DNA from: Macrostomum lignano
Taxonomy: Eukaryota
NCBI GenBank assembly: GCA_002269645.1
Contig: NIVC01001113.1
Location: 62,001 to 126,000 of the forward strand
Direction of reading: 5' to 3'
DNA length: 64,000 bases
Each line of letters starts with the position of its first letter. Within the stretch, counting starts at the first letter, position 1. The notes below the pieces were generated by a model, which worked only from the letters and a program-made list of their open reading frames with translations, was not told where the DNA came from and did not search any database. This document shows, in pieces, positions 12,705 to 43,503 of the stretch. A program made the position numbers and the translations under genes.

Positions 12705-14609
12705 GCCGGCAAGGACGCTGAACTCGCAAATCTCGAAACACTGCGAAATGCATTGGCGAGATGGGAAGTCTTCTGCAGTTGTTTAGCATTCAATTCCCAA
12801 CAACTCCGACCTTCTTTTAGCAACTACGAGTACAGAATGTGTTTTTCTCAGATGCATTCAAAAGTTTGTCAAAAAATATTAAAGATCGGCAACGCTTAAA
12901 ATACTGTCCGTGTTTTCTAAACTGCTTTAGAAAGATTTGTTTTTTTACATATATAGCCCCGAATGTAAGCTTGATTAGCTAACCCATGAATGCAACTCGG
13001 ATATAACACCAATGGTTTCTAATTAACAAGTCCTTGAAGGGTAAGAAACAGATATTTTTTAAATCTGAAGACTTTCTATCTCGCCAAAATTGGCCGCGAG
13101 CGTCCTACTATTATTAGTTTTCAATGGTGGCAAGATGATGTAACACTTTAACTCTGGGAGTTTGTGTGGAACTCCCATATTATATTATTTCCTAATTAGG
13201 TTGCAATTACTGGACAAGAAATAGCAATATACCTGTAAAATTTTATTTGGTTTATCTGAGCTAATTTAATCCGTTTCCTAATATTTATAATTTTCCGAAA
13301 ACTAGTAATTGCAGAAAAGACACAAGAATTAGCGATAGCGCGTGTTTCTCAACGGGTTTATAAGTTTATTTTTATCGAAACGAGTTTTACAAAAGAAAAT
13401 TAAAAGAAATCCTTTTTCGGGATTATTTAACTATTTTTTAAATAGGAAAATGAGTCATACATCATGACTATAGTTCTAAATAACACAAATGACTAGAATT
13501 CTATGCTGTGAAAAATTTGTTCGTGTAGCGACCCCTAATCAAGGCTTGTTTGACACCGCCGTCAATTTCGCACTAAAAAGTCGACAATGCGAGAAGAAAT
13601 TTTTCAGCAGCCATGCGATCATTTTAATTGGTGACTTTGTGCAAAAACCGAGTTCTAAAAATGTACCATGTTCGCGCCTTCTCTTTTGTCCTTATATATT
13701 GTATAATATTTCCCTCAATCTTCTTAAACATTTATATTTCTGTCAAATTTCTGATAGCTATCAATATTTTACTCCGCAGTGTAACGTTCATGAGGACGTG
13801 TTGAAAACGTTTTAGAAATTTTAATTGGTCCTACCTACCTAGCCTAGCGACTAACCATTTTTACTCTATGAATTTTAACAACACTGAATTTAAATGTTAT
13901 TATTTCTCTTCAAAATAAAAGAAAATTCTAATTTTTGGTTTTTCTATTCGTTAAAACGAAACATTTTTTGTTATGAATTAAACGCAAAATTATTGGTAAA
14001 CATTTCAACTTACTGTCAATCAAATATAAAGTAAAATTCTTGTAAAACCGGATACAGAAATCTTCTGACGTTTGTATCTTAGCTGCTATCTAAGTTACTG
14101 CTTCAACAAATTATTTTAAATGTAAATTGTTGCCTGTCTACTGACAGTAATCGATTCAGAAACAATTTTTTAAAAGTTCTTTATGATCGTGCTATTATAG
14201 CTCGTATAAGTACAAAACTGCAAATTCATCAGTGAGTGGCTACCCGTAAATGAAACAACTTTCAAGACTTCTCAACCCATATGTACTCTAAAATGTACTC
14301 GATTTGGTTTAGTAGCTATTTGAAATGCATTTTATAGAGAATTTTTTAGTGTTTTTAGAGACATAATGTTCGCAAATCTCAAAGCAACTCGAGAGGAAAA
14401 TTCAATTAGTTAAACAAGTATGCACAGCGCGCGCAATTTTTGCTGATGCAAATCCGCTAACAAAGCTTTGATGCAGATTGGATGAGGGTTGTATTGCACC
14501 CACCCAGTGCATGCAAAAGCTAGCTAAATAACAACGCCGGAAATTGGGAGAATTTTTTAAATTAATCACAGCGGACAGGTAGGAGAGGAGGGGAGCCGAG
14601 ATATAGAGA

Positions 14610-14925
14610 GGTACTGCATGGGCATCAAGCCGTGTTGAGCGCTCTTCAGACTTCGAGTATAGCTATGGTAGTGAACGCCTTATACCTGCTAGACCTCCGG
14701 CATCTCATCGTTATCCTGACCAAAGCTCCTTGCTGCTACCCTTAACTGTCAACAACATATTGAAGGAAATTTGTCTAATATTGCCTTTCTCTCCTCCATC
14801 GTATTTTGCTTGTCTCCACCTGTGTCTTGACCAGGTTTTCTAATCCAGATTTGTAAATCCAGTTACCAATTAGTTCTGTTTTTGTGTACTTCGATCAACC
14901 CTATACTGTACTCCCATGCAGCCAA
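14610..14925 (-). mobile_element. Possible decayed RTE-clade LINE 3' fragment
   Basis: One minus frame with several stops reads LIGNWIYKSGLENLVKT..SKIRWRRERQ..ALVRITMRCRR, loosely like the RTE C-terminus (GH..RK.GLENLV.TGKIEGKR.RGRQR..ELLR.T.DR). Confidence 0.35.
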
Positions 14926-15504
14926 GGGTTAAAAAAAGAGTTATAGTTAGTTATAGGATCTGTTTATAGCGTGCTTTGATGACCCTGATTGGGGTGCTTG
15001 AAAAACTATCAGAATTGTAGTGCCTGTAAAAGTGCGACTAGCGCAATAAATGGCAACGAAAATAATCAATGTACGAGCGTATAATTGTCTAAATTAAATT
15101 AATGCTTTTGTGGAAATTAAATGCAAAAAGGTACATAAGCCACAGATGAGTATATATGGAGATCAATGAATATCTGGCGTACATACTAAGCAAAAATTCC
15201 ACAAGATGGATGTCAACCATCCAATCTTCACCTATACTATGTGTTTAACCTAGCTACTATGTACCAAGGATGTAACTGTACAAGGCCCCAAAGGGTTTCC
15301 AAAGTGTTAATAATAAAATACTACGCTTTTGTATAAACAAGCCTTTTCGTCATTAAGAAGCCTTTGTAATCGTTTTGTCCTTGTTTGTGTGTGCCCCAGA
15401 ATAGGGGCGAATTTGCTTGTACATTTACGAGCTGGAAGGAAAAAAAATTAGCATTTAGAAAAAAGTTTTTTTACAGGTTTTAAAAACTATAAGATGCTGC
15501 AATT

Positions 15505-15885
15505 GCTCACTTTGGGTCGCTGCAACAAGTGACCAGCTCACTTTGGGTCGCTGCAACAAGTGACCAGCTCACTTTGGGTCGCTGCAACAAGTGGCCAGCT
15601 CACTTTGGGTCGCTGCAACAAGTGACCAGCTCACTTTGGGTCGCTGCAGCAAGTGACCAGCTCACTTTGGGTCGCTGCAACAAGTGACCAGCTCACTTTG
15701 GGTCGCTGCAACAAGTGACCAGCTCACTTTGGGTCGCTGCAACAAGAACAAGTGACCAGCTCACTTTGGGTCGCTGCAACAAGTGACCAGCTCACTTTGG
15801 GTCGCTGCAGCAAGTGACCAGCTCACTTTGGGTCGCTGCAACAAGTGACAAGCTCACTTTGGGTCGCTGCAACAAGTAACAAGCT
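15505..15885. repeat. 31-bp minisatellite (CACTTTGGGTCGCTGCAACAAGTGACCAGCT)
   Basis: CTTTGGG recurs at 15541 and 15572, and so on. Confidence 0.95.
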
Positions 15886-16647
15886 AGTATGCACATGCTC
15901 ACTGGGTAGGTTTTGTTTGACCTCAAGCTTGATTGCTCATCGTGCATAAATGTACTTCTAGTGAGCCAACCCATCACATGGTAGGACGTTTTTACTGTCA
16001 ATTCAAGTAGGCCTTCCTTGAGTGAAAGCACTTACCTAAATAGCTGAACGTCTCCTGAGCCAGGTCCTATGTTACTGCAGTATGTTTGACTTAATTCGAC
16101 TATGATAGCAGCTTGTCTCAGATAGACCTGCAGCTGTTTAATTACTACGTCTACTGGTGAAAGTCCAGAAAAGGATGAAGACAGCTATGGAGAAAGTAAT
16201 GAGCAACACATGCGCACCCACGAAAAAACAGAACATAACCCTCCGTCTGCCACCAACTCATCTTTTAACTGAAGCCGGTCCTGCCTCAGTTACCAAAATT
16301 ATGCTCAAAATTGCAGGTTTTCATCCGTGCGAGAGATAGCTGGCGAAAGAGACGACGAGAGGGAGCTGGCATGGGAGGAGAAGGAGTGGAGAGCAGCAAA
16401 GCCAGGGGTTGGTTCGCATCTCGATCAGCCCTGCCCAGCCTCCGTTTTACCTCCATCGTTCTCTCTCCCCTCTCCCATCTTCTTCCCTCTATTTTGACTG
16501 ATTTATATTCCACTGGCCGGCTGCAACTGCAACTGCAAAGGCAGAACACACACAGCATTCGAGACTAAAAAAGAAGCAGAAATACAGCAACAGAGGGAGA
16601 AGCGCTTTTATTGTTGAGTCCGTCAAACTGCATTGATAAATAGTAAC

Positions 16648-16678
16648 TATAACAGACCCATATAAGGGGTCTGTTATA
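16648..16678. promoter_or_regulatory. Perfect 12-bp inverted repeat with a TATA-like loop upstream of unc-13
   Basis: TATAACAGACCC-ATATAAG-GGGTCTGTTATA, ending 37 nt before the ATG at 16715. Structure is seen directly; function is inferred. Confidence 0.4.
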
Positions 16679-16714
16679 AAATATCAAAACAGCGGGCGAC
16701 CTTGACGCTCACCA

Positions 16715-33672
<16,958 letters not shown>

Positions 33673-33768
33673 ACTAAGCTGCTTGCATGTACATCGGCTG
33701 TGCACGACATGCGTCTCACGCTGTCTGAGACACCTAATATCTATCTGATAGCTTGCCTAGAGATCTCA

Positions 33769-34285
<517 letters not shown>

Positions 34286-34687
34286 TGTCAGCTCTCCCAG
34301 TCTCCCAGCGCTACCAAGTTCAGTTTTCTTTTAAAAGACAGAAACGCAATTAAAACATTGAAGTATTTTTAAAATATAGAAAATGAATCGTTGCATTTTA
34401 TGTATATATCTGGCTAAAAGAGGGAGATACTCGTAAATGTAAAATGAAACAAAAACTAGTCAATTATGTACAAATTTATTTTAATCTTGCTTTATTTTTA
34501 AACAGTTAAAATATAGAAAGCTGAATTCTACAGAAAGCACTTAATTAGTTGCTACATTGCTACTTATAGTAAAGAAGTGAGGGCAAATGGCTGTAGCTAA
34601 TGGAGAGCATGGATTTTTTGGCTTCTAAATTTTTATAGAATAAGTATAACGTCGTAATAGTATGACACAAGTTGTTGTCTTTTTTCA

Positions 34688-35055
34688 ACAGACAGATAGA
34701 CAGACAGGCAGACAGGCAGGCAGACAGACAGACAGACAGACAGACAAATGGACACCTCAGACAGGTCAGACGGACACCTCAGACAGGTCAGACGGACATC
34801 TCAGACAGGTCAGACGGACACCTCAGACAGGTCAGATGGACATCTCAGACAGGTCAGACAGACACCTCAGACAGGTCAGACGGACATCTCAGACAGGTCA
34901 GACGGACACCTCAGACAGGTCAGACGGACATCTCAGACAGGTCAGACGGACACCTCAGACAGGTCAGACGGACATCTCAGACAGGTCAGACGGACACCTC
35001 AGACAGGTCAGGTCAGACGGACACCTCAGACAGGTCAGACGGACACCTCAGACTC
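34688..35055. repeat. (GACA)n followed by a 22-bp minisatellite (GACACCTCAGACAGGTCAGACG)
   Basis: Visible; overlaps the stop codon of the minus-strand gene at 35035. Confidence 0.93.
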
Positions 35056-38000
35056 AGATGAGGAGTCGTCACCGTCCAGGCAGCAGTCCTGATGGTCCTC
35101 GTCGCTGCCGTCGCTGCAGTCGGAGCCGAGTCGGTGCCGCGCCTCCTCGGCCCGGCGGTTCAAGCACCGCTGATGCCGCTGCCTGTGCCGGTGGCCCGCG
35201 TCTCCCACCGCCAGCATCGCCGAGTAGCTCCCGTCGCCGTCATCGTCGACGCTGACGGATTCGGAGGTGCCGTCGACGCCGCCAACGCCGGCACCGAAAC
35301 CTACGAGTAGAAAGTCGCGAGTTCGAATCCGGCGTTCGCGAGCCTCCAACTGACGGAGCAGGCAGCGAAGGAGAGGCTCCTCGTCCGGCTCAGTCTGCTG
35401 GACGAGCGGCAGCAGCAGGCGGCAGCAGCTGGCAGCCTCGTTGAGCTCAGCAGCGCAGAGGCGCTGTTGGAGAAGGTCGAGCAGCCACAGCTGCAGCTGG
35501 CTGTGCTGCTGCATTGGGGAGGCGGCAATCCTGCCGCGGAGGCGATGCAGCTCGTTCAGGACGTCCTCATCGCTCTCGGCTGCCGGGCGCTCTTGTTGCT
35601 GCTGCTGCTGCTGCCACTGTTGCTTTTGCTGCTGCAGCAGCTCCATCGAGATGCTGCTGACGTATCTGCGAGTGTTCGATTGTTAAATGAGAGATTCACT
35701 CCTCTAGAATGAAGATTCACTCCTCTATATTGGAGATTCACTCCTCTATATTGGAGACTCACTCTCTAGAATTGAGATTCACTCTCTAGAATTGAGATTC
35801 ACTCTCTAGAATTGAGATTCGCTCTCTAGAATTGAGATTCACTCTCTAGAATTGAGATTCATTCTCTAGAATTGAGATTCACTCCTCTAGATTGGAGAAT
35901 CACTCTCTAGAATTGAGATTCACTCTCTAGAATTGAGATTCACTCTCTAGAATTGAGATTCACTCTCTAGAATTGAGATTCACCCTTCCAGAATGGAGAT
36001 TCACTCCTCTAGATTGGAGACTCACTCTCTAGAATTGAGTTCACTCTCTAGAATTGAGATTCATTCTCTAGAATTGAGATTCATTCTCTAGAATTGAGAT
36101 TCACTCCTCTAGATTTGAGACTCACTCTCTAGAATTGAGATTCACTCTCTAGAATTGAGATTCACTCTCTAGAATTGAGATTCATTCTCTAGAATTGAGA
36201 TTCACTCCTCTAGATTTGAGACTCACTCTCTAGAATTGAGATTCACTCTCTAGAATTGAGATTCACTCTCTAGAATTGAGATTCACTCTCTAGAATTGAG
36301 ATTCACTCTCTAGAATTGAGATTCACTCTCTAGAATTGAGATTCACTCTCTAGAATTGAGATTCACTCTCTAGAATTGAGATTCACTCTCTAGAATTGAG
36401 ATTCACTCTCTAGAATTGAGATTCACTCTCTAGAATTGAGATTCACTCTCTAGAATTGAGATTCACTCTCTAGAATTGAGATTCACCCTTCCAGAATGGA
36501 GATTCACTCTCTAGAATTGAGATTCACTCTCTAGAATTGAGATTCATTCTCTAGAATTGAGATTCACTCTCTAGAATTGAGATTCACTCTCTAGAATTGA
36601 GATTCATTCTCTAGAATTGAGATTCACCCTTCCAGAATGAAGATTCACTCTCTAGAATTGAGATTCACTCTCTAGAATTGAGATTCATCTCTAGAATTGA
36701 GATTCACTCTCTAGAATTGAGATTCACTCTCTAGAATTGAGATTCATTCTCTAGAATTGAGATTCATCTCTAGAATTGAGATTCACTCCTCTAGAATTGA
36801 GATTCACTCTCTAGAATTGAGATTCACTCTCTAGAATTGAGATTCACTCTCTAGAATTGAGATTCACTCTCTAGAATTGAGATTCACTCTCTAGAATTGA
36901 GATTCACTCTCTAGAATTGAGATTCACTCTCTAGAATTGAGATTCACCCTTCCAGAATGGAGATTCACTCTCTAGAATTGAGATTCACTCTCTAGAATTG
37001 AGATTCATTCTCTAGAATTGAGATTCACTCTCTAGAATTGAGATTCACTCTCTAGAATTGAGATTCATTCTCTAGAATTGAGATTCATTCTCTAGAATTG
37101 AGATTCACTCTAGAATCACAGAATGAGATTCACTCTCTAGAATTGAGATTCATCTCTAGAATTGAGATTCACCCTTCCAGAATGAGATTCACTCTCTAGA
37201 TTGAGACTCACTCTCTAGAATTGAGATTCACTCTCTAGAATTGAGATTCATTCTCTAGAATTGAGATTCACTCCTCTAGATTTGAGACTCACTCTCTAGA
37301 ATTGAGATTCACTCTCTAGAATTGAGATTCACTCTCTAGAATTGAGATTCGCTCTCTAGAATTGAGATTCACTCTCTAGAATTGAGATTCATTCTCTAGA
37401 ATTGAGATTCACCCTTCCAGAATGGAGATTCAATTCTCTAGAATTGAGATTCACTCCTCTAGATTGGAGAATCACTCTCTAGAATTGAGATTCACTCTCT
37501 AGAATTGAGATTCACTCTCTAGAATTGAGATTCACTCTCTAGAATTGAGATTCACTTCCAGAATGAGATTCACTCTCTAGATTGAGACTCACTCTCTAGA
37601 ATTGAGATTCACTCTCTAGAATTGAGATTCATTCTCTAGAATTGAGATTCATTCTCTAGAATTGAGATTCACTCTCTAGATTGAGACTCACTCTCTAGAA
37701 TTGAGATTCACTCTCTAGAATTGAGATTCACTCTCTAGAATTGAGATTCATTCTCTAGAATTGAGATTCACTCTCTAGAATTGAGACTCACTCTCTAGAA
37801 TTGAGATTCACTCTCTAGAATTGAGATTCACTCTCTAGAATTGAGATTCACTCTCTAGAATTGAGATTCACTCTCTAGAATTGAGATTCACTCTCTAGAA
37901 TTGAGATTCACTCTCTAGAATTGAGATTCATTCTCTAGAATTGAGATTCACCCTTCCAGAATGGAGATTCACTCTCTAGAATTGAGATTCATTCTCTAGA

Positions 38001-41000
38001 ATTGAGATTCACCCTTCCAGAATGGAGATTCACTCCTCTAGATTGGAGACTCACTCTCTAGAATTGAGATTCACTCTCTAGAATTGAGATTCACTCTCTA
38101 GAATTGAGATTCACTCTCTAGAATTGAGATTCACTCTCTAGAATTGAGATTCACTCTCTAGAATTGAGATTCACTCTCTAGAATTGAGATTCATTTTCTA
38201 GAATTGAGATTCACCTTTCCAGAATGGAGATCACTTCTCTATATTGGAGACTCACTCTTCTAGAATTGAGATTCACCCTTCCAGAATGGAGATTCACTCT
38301 CTAGAATTGAGATTCACTCTCTAGAATTGAGATTCATTCTCTAGAATTGAGATTCACTCTCTAGAATTGAGATTCACTCTCTAGAATTGAGATTCATTCT
38401 CTAGAATTGAGATTCATTCTCTAGAATTGAGATTCACCCTTCCAGAATGGAGATTCACTCTCTAGAATTGAGATTCACTCTCTAGAATTGAGATTCACTC
38501 TCTAGAATTGAGATTCACTCTCTAGAATTGAGATTCACTCTCTAGAATTGAGATTCACTCTCTAGAATTGAGATTCACTCTCTAGAATTGAGATTCACCC
38601 TTCCAGAATGGAGATTCACTCTCTAGAATTGAGATTCACTCTCTAGAATTGAGATTCATTCTCTAGAATTGAGATTCACTCTCTAGAATTGAGATTCACT
38701 CTCTAGAATTGAGATTCATTCTCTAGAATTGAGATTCATTCTCTAGAATTGAGATTCACCCTTCCAGAATGGAGATTCACTCTCTAGAATTGAGATTCAT
38801 TCTCTAGAATTGAGATTCACCCTTCCAGAATGGAGATTCACTCCTCTAGATTGGAGACTCACTCTCTAGAATTGAGTTCACTCTCTAGAATTGAGATTCA
38901 TTCTCTAGAATTGAGATTCACTCCTCTAGATTTGAGACTCACTCTCTAGAATTGAGATTCACTCTCTAGAATTGAGATTCACTCTCTAGAATTGAGATTC
39001 ACTCTCTAGAATTGAGATTCACTCTCTAGAATTGAGATTCACTCTCTAGAATTGAGATTCACTCTCTAGAATTGAGATTCATTTTCTAGAATTGAGATTC
39101 ACCTTTCCAGAATGGAGATCACTTCTCTATATTGGAGACTCACTCTTCTAGAATTGAGATTCACCCTTCCAGAATGGAGATTCACTCTCTAGAATGGAGA
39201 TTCACTCTTCCAGACTTGTGATTCACACGTTTAGAATGGAGATTCACACTCTCGGATTATACAGTAGAAAGAAGATTATCTGTTCTTGAAGATTGGAGGT
39301 TTTCCTCTTCTCCAATTTTCAATTTGTCGCAGATTTCCAATAAAATGCACAAAATCAATAACTACTACTTGAACAATAACCTAAGCAGTAGAGAGTATCG
39401 CAATTATTTTCTTTCTGTTTGTACTGTTCCTAGAGAGGGAATAGTGGAGCGAGTTGAGTGAGGGAAGTGCAGTGCGGGTGCATGCAGCTCATGGCTATCA
39501 ATCATTATTTACAGGCCCATTCCTCTCTCATCTCTGTGAACGATGGTTTATGGCTAACGCCAACAAAGAGCGACCCTGACAGTTATGAATTGGAATTCGC
39601 GCAGTTGAATGAATTGGCATAAATATATCCCAAACATGACAGCAGAAATTGGCATTGGGGATGGCTAGACTCAATTTAGACTTTTGATTTGCTAATCTAC
39701 GAGTATCTTGGTGAGTTGGGAATTGGCATGAATTTGGGATGTTCTGAGCTGCTTTGGGCTGTTTTGAGGGAATTACGATTTCACAGCCCTCTGCTGGATC
39801 TGTGCACGATTGGGGTGCATGGCTAATACATTTGCCAGTCTGTCTGAGTCTGCTTTGGCAGGAGTTAAAGCTTTGCATTCCTGCAGTTTGATTAAGCGCC
39901 TGTCCTAAAGCCTGTCTTAGTGCCTGCCTTAGTCTCTGTCATATTGTCTGACTCAGTGCCTGTCCCAGTGTCTGTCCTAGTGCCTGTCCCAGTGTCTGTC
40001 CTAGTGCCTGTCCCAGTGTCTGTCCCAGTGTCTGTCCCAGTGTCTGTCCCAGTGTCTGTCCTAGTGTCTGTCCCAGTGTCTGACTCAGTGCCTGTCCCAG
40101 TGTCTGTCCCAGTGTCTGTCCTAGTGTCTGTCCCAGTGTCGGACTCAGTGCCTGTCCCAGTGTCTGTCCCAGTGTCTGTCCCAGTGTCTGTCCCAGTGTC
40201 TGTCCTAGTGTCTGTCCCAGTGTCTGACTCAGTGCCTGTCCCAGTGTCTGTCCCAGTGTCTGTCCCAGTGTCTGTCCTAGTGTCTGTCCCAGTGTCGGAC
40301 TCAGTGCCTGTCCCAGTGTCTGTCCCAGTGTCTGTCCCAGTGTCTGTCCCAGTGTCTGTCCCAGTGTCTGTCCTAGTGTCTGTCCCAGTGTCGGACTCAG
40401 TGCCTGTCCCAGTGTCTGTCCCAGTGTCTGTCCCAGTGTCTGTCCTAGTGTCTGTCCCAGTATCGGACTCAGTGCCTGTCCCAGTGTCTGTCCCAGTGTC
40501 TGTCCCAGTGTCTGTCCCAGTGTCTGTCCTAGTGTCTGTCCCAGTGTCTGACTCAGTGCCTGTCCCAGTGTCTGTCCCAGTGCCTGTCCCAGTGTCTGTC
40601 CCAGTGTCTGTCCTAGTGTCTGTCCTAGTGCCTGTCCCAGTGTCGGACTCAGTGCCTGTCCCAGTGTCTGTCCCAGTGTCTGTCCCAGTGTCTGCCCCAG
40701 TATCTGTCCCAGTGTCTGTCCCAGTGTCTGTCCTAGTGTCTGTCCCAGTGTCTGACTCAGTGCCTGTCCCAGTGTCTGTCCCAGTGTCTGTCCCAGTGTC
40801 TGTCCTAGTGCCTGTCCCAGTGTCTGTCCCAGTGTCTGTCCCAGTGTCTGTCCCAGTGTCTGTCCCAGTGTCTGTCCCAGTGTCTGTCCCAGTGTCTGTC
40901 CTAGTGTCTGTTCCAGTGTCTGACTCAGTGCCTGTCCCAGTGCCTGTCCCAGTATCTGTCTCAGTGCCTGTCTCAGTGCCTGTCCCAGTGTCTGTTCTAG

Positions 41001-42708
41001 TGTCTGTCCCAGTGCCTGTCCTAGTGTCTGTCCCAGTGTCTGTCCCAGTGTCTGTCCTAGTGTCTGTCCCAGTGTCTATCCTAGTGTCTGTCCTAGTGTC
41101 TGTCCCAGTGTCTGTCCTAGTGTCTGTCCCAGTGTCTATCCTAGTGTCTATCCTAGTGTCTGTCCCAGTGTCTGTCCCAGTGTCTGTCCCAGTGTCTGTC
41201 CCAGTGTCTGTCCCAGTGTCTGTCCTAGTGTCTGTCCCAGTGTCTGACTCAGTGCCTGTCCCAGTGTCTGTCCTAGTGTCTGTCCCAGTGCCTGTCCCAG
41301 TGTCTGTCCCACTGTCTGTCCTAGTGTCTGCACTAGGGTCCGTCGGTCTGTTTTCATGTCTGTCCGCCTGTCCCTGTCCCCAGGATATCTTCATAATTAT
41401 TGACTATTGAGCAGTCCACAAACTGCATACATCGTGTTTTGAACGAAAACAAAAGATCAGCAAAATTTATGACTTATTAGAGGTTTTATGATTCTAGAGT
41501 TTCTGCAAGGCATAGGGGAAATGTCTAGATAAAGTCTGTTGTGCTGAGTGTTTAGCTCCAAACATGCCTCATAAAAAATTGTTTTTTTTACAATTTTGTG
41601 CCTAGATAAATAAATCAGATTATTGTTTTTAGCATTCCTTTTTATGCAGCGTTTGCAACTGAAAACTCACTGAAACATTTTAAATGTAAATTGGATTTTG
41701 GCATGTTAAAAAACGCTACAAAATCTCAAACTCAATGATCTGACACAAACAGACTCAATGATCTGACACAAACAGACTCAATGATCTGACACAAACAGAC
41801 TCAACGATCTGACACAAACACAGACTCAACGATCTGACACAAACAGACTCAACGATCTGACACTAAAAGACTCAACGATCTGACACTAAAAGACTCAATA
41901 ATCTGACACAAACAGACTCAATGATCTGACACAAACAGACTCAACGATCTGACACTAAAAGACTCAACGATCTGACACTAAAAGACTCAATAATCTGACA
42001 CAAACAGACTCAACGATCTGACACAAACACAGACTCAACGATCTGACACAAATAGACTCAACGATCTGACACAAACAGACTCAACGATCTGACACAAACA
42101 GACTCAATGATCTGACACAAACAGACTCAACGATCTGACACAAACAGACTCAACGATCTGACACTAAAAGACTCAACGATCTGACACTAAAAGACTCAAT
42201 AATCTGACACAAACAGACTCAATGATTTGACACAATGATCTGATACAAACAGACTCAATGATCTGACACAGGTTCCATGTCTCACCTGTACATTGGTCCA
42301 TCTTCGCTAAGCCTCGAACTGGAGTGCATGAGTCTGCCGTAGCAGCAGACGAAAGCAAAATCTGCAACACTATTTGCACTCGCCAAATCGTCTTTACCGC
42401 AGGCCTGTTCACCGCAGCCGCAGATGGCACAGAGCATTGATGGCAGTTCCGCGCCGGAAGCCAGCATCTTACTGGCCTCTGTGGCTTCCAGCTCTTCTTC
42501 ATCTGCATCATCTGGCTGCTCTGAGCTGCAGACTCGGTTTCTTACAGCCTGAGCGCGGACGTGACAGTCGCAGGTGCACCTGACTCTGCGACTGGTGTCA
42601 TCGCTAAGCTCACCGTCCCGATCAGCTGACACAAATCGCCAAAATCGATCTGCTGTCAGGGTCAGCAGGTGCCGGCAGACTTGGGCCAAACGGGCGCAGC
42701 AGAGGCTC
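35035..42708 (-). CDS. Uncharacterised Cys-rich, Gln/acidic-rich protein, spliced
   Basis: Exons 42708-42286 and 35665-35035 join in phase (ATG TAC AG|gtgaga ... ctcgcag|A TAC GTC, giving [18 protein letters not shown]). Composition is GC-rich and exon-like. A phase-2 upstream exon ending at 44928 (CAAAT|gtgagt) would supply AT|G. No family recognised. Confidence 0.6.
35688..39245. repeat. 20-bp minisatellite (ATTCACTCTCTAGAATTGAG), about 3.5 kb, intronic
   Basis: Exact 20-nt period (e.g. 36241-36480), with recurring CACCCTTCCAGAATGGAG variants. Confidence 0.98.
39895..41335. repeat. 12-bp minisatellite with 6-bp subunits (TGTCCCAGTGTC), intronic
   Basis: Produces the DTGT/VPVS pseudo-ORFs. 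Confidence 0.97.
41728..42270. repeat. 23-bp minisatellite (GACTCAACGATCTGACACAAACA), intronic
   Basis: ATCTGAC recurs at 41761 and 41784; starts about 15 nt after the minus-strand donor at 42285. Confidence 0.95.
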
Positions 42709-42724
42709 CTGGGGGAGATTTGGG

Positions 42725-42759
<35 letters not shown>

Positions 42760-43503
42760 AGTCAGTCAGTCAGTCAGTCAGTCAGTCAGTCAGTCAGTCA
42801 GTCAGTCAGTCAGTCAGTCAGTCAGTCAGTCAGTCAGTCAGTCAGTCAGTCAGTCAGTCAGTCAGTCAGTCAGTCAGTCAGTCAGTCAGTCAGTCAGTCA
42901 GTCAGTCAGTCAGTCAGTCAGTCAGTCAGTCAGTCAGTCAGTCAGTCAGTCAGTCAGTCAGTCAGTCAGTCAGTCAGTCAGTCAGTCAGTCAGTCAGTCA
43001 GTCAGTCAGTCAGTCAGTCAGTCAGTCAGTCAGTCAGTCAGTCAGTCAGTCAGTCAGTCAGTCAGTCAGTCAGTCAGTCAGTCAGTCAGTCAGTCAGTCA
43101 GTCAGTCAGTCAGTCAGTCAGTCAGTCAGTCAGTCAGTCAGTCAGTCAGTCAGTCAGTCAGTCAGTCAGTCAGTCAGTCAGTCAGTCAGTCAGTCAGTCA
43201 GTCAGTCAGTCAGTCAGTCAGTCAGTCAGTCAGTCAGTCAGTCAGTCAGTCAGTCAGTCAGTCAGTCAGTCAGTCAGTCAGTCAGTCAGTCAGTCAGTCA
43301 GTCAGTCAGTCAGTCAGTCAGTCAGTCAGTCAGTCAGTCAGTCAGTCAGTCAGTCAGTCAGTCAGTCAGTCAGTCAGTCAGTCAGTCAGTCAGTCAGTCA
43401 GTCAGTCAGTCAGTCAGTCAGTCAGTCAGTCAGTCAGTCAGTCAGTCAGTCAGTCAGTCAGTCAGTCAGTCAGTCAGTCAGTCAGTCAGTCAGTCAGTCA
43501 GTC
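42725..43503. repeat. (TCAG)n microsatellite, about 190 units
   Basis: Pure array; reads (CTGA)n on the minus strand and ends about 17 nt before the acceptor at 42710-42709. Confidence 0.99.

Noticed and set aside
39892-41410. About 500-aa DTGT/VPVS ORFs resembling mucin or adhesive proteins
   Set aside because: 12-bp array open on both strands, inside a phase-consistent intron, with no signal peptide or codon-position bias.
42640-42708. F-box call for [18 protein letters not shown]
   Set aside because: Resembles only the C-terminal half of an F-box; the LP.E.L..IF..L half is not visible, so the gene is left unnamed.
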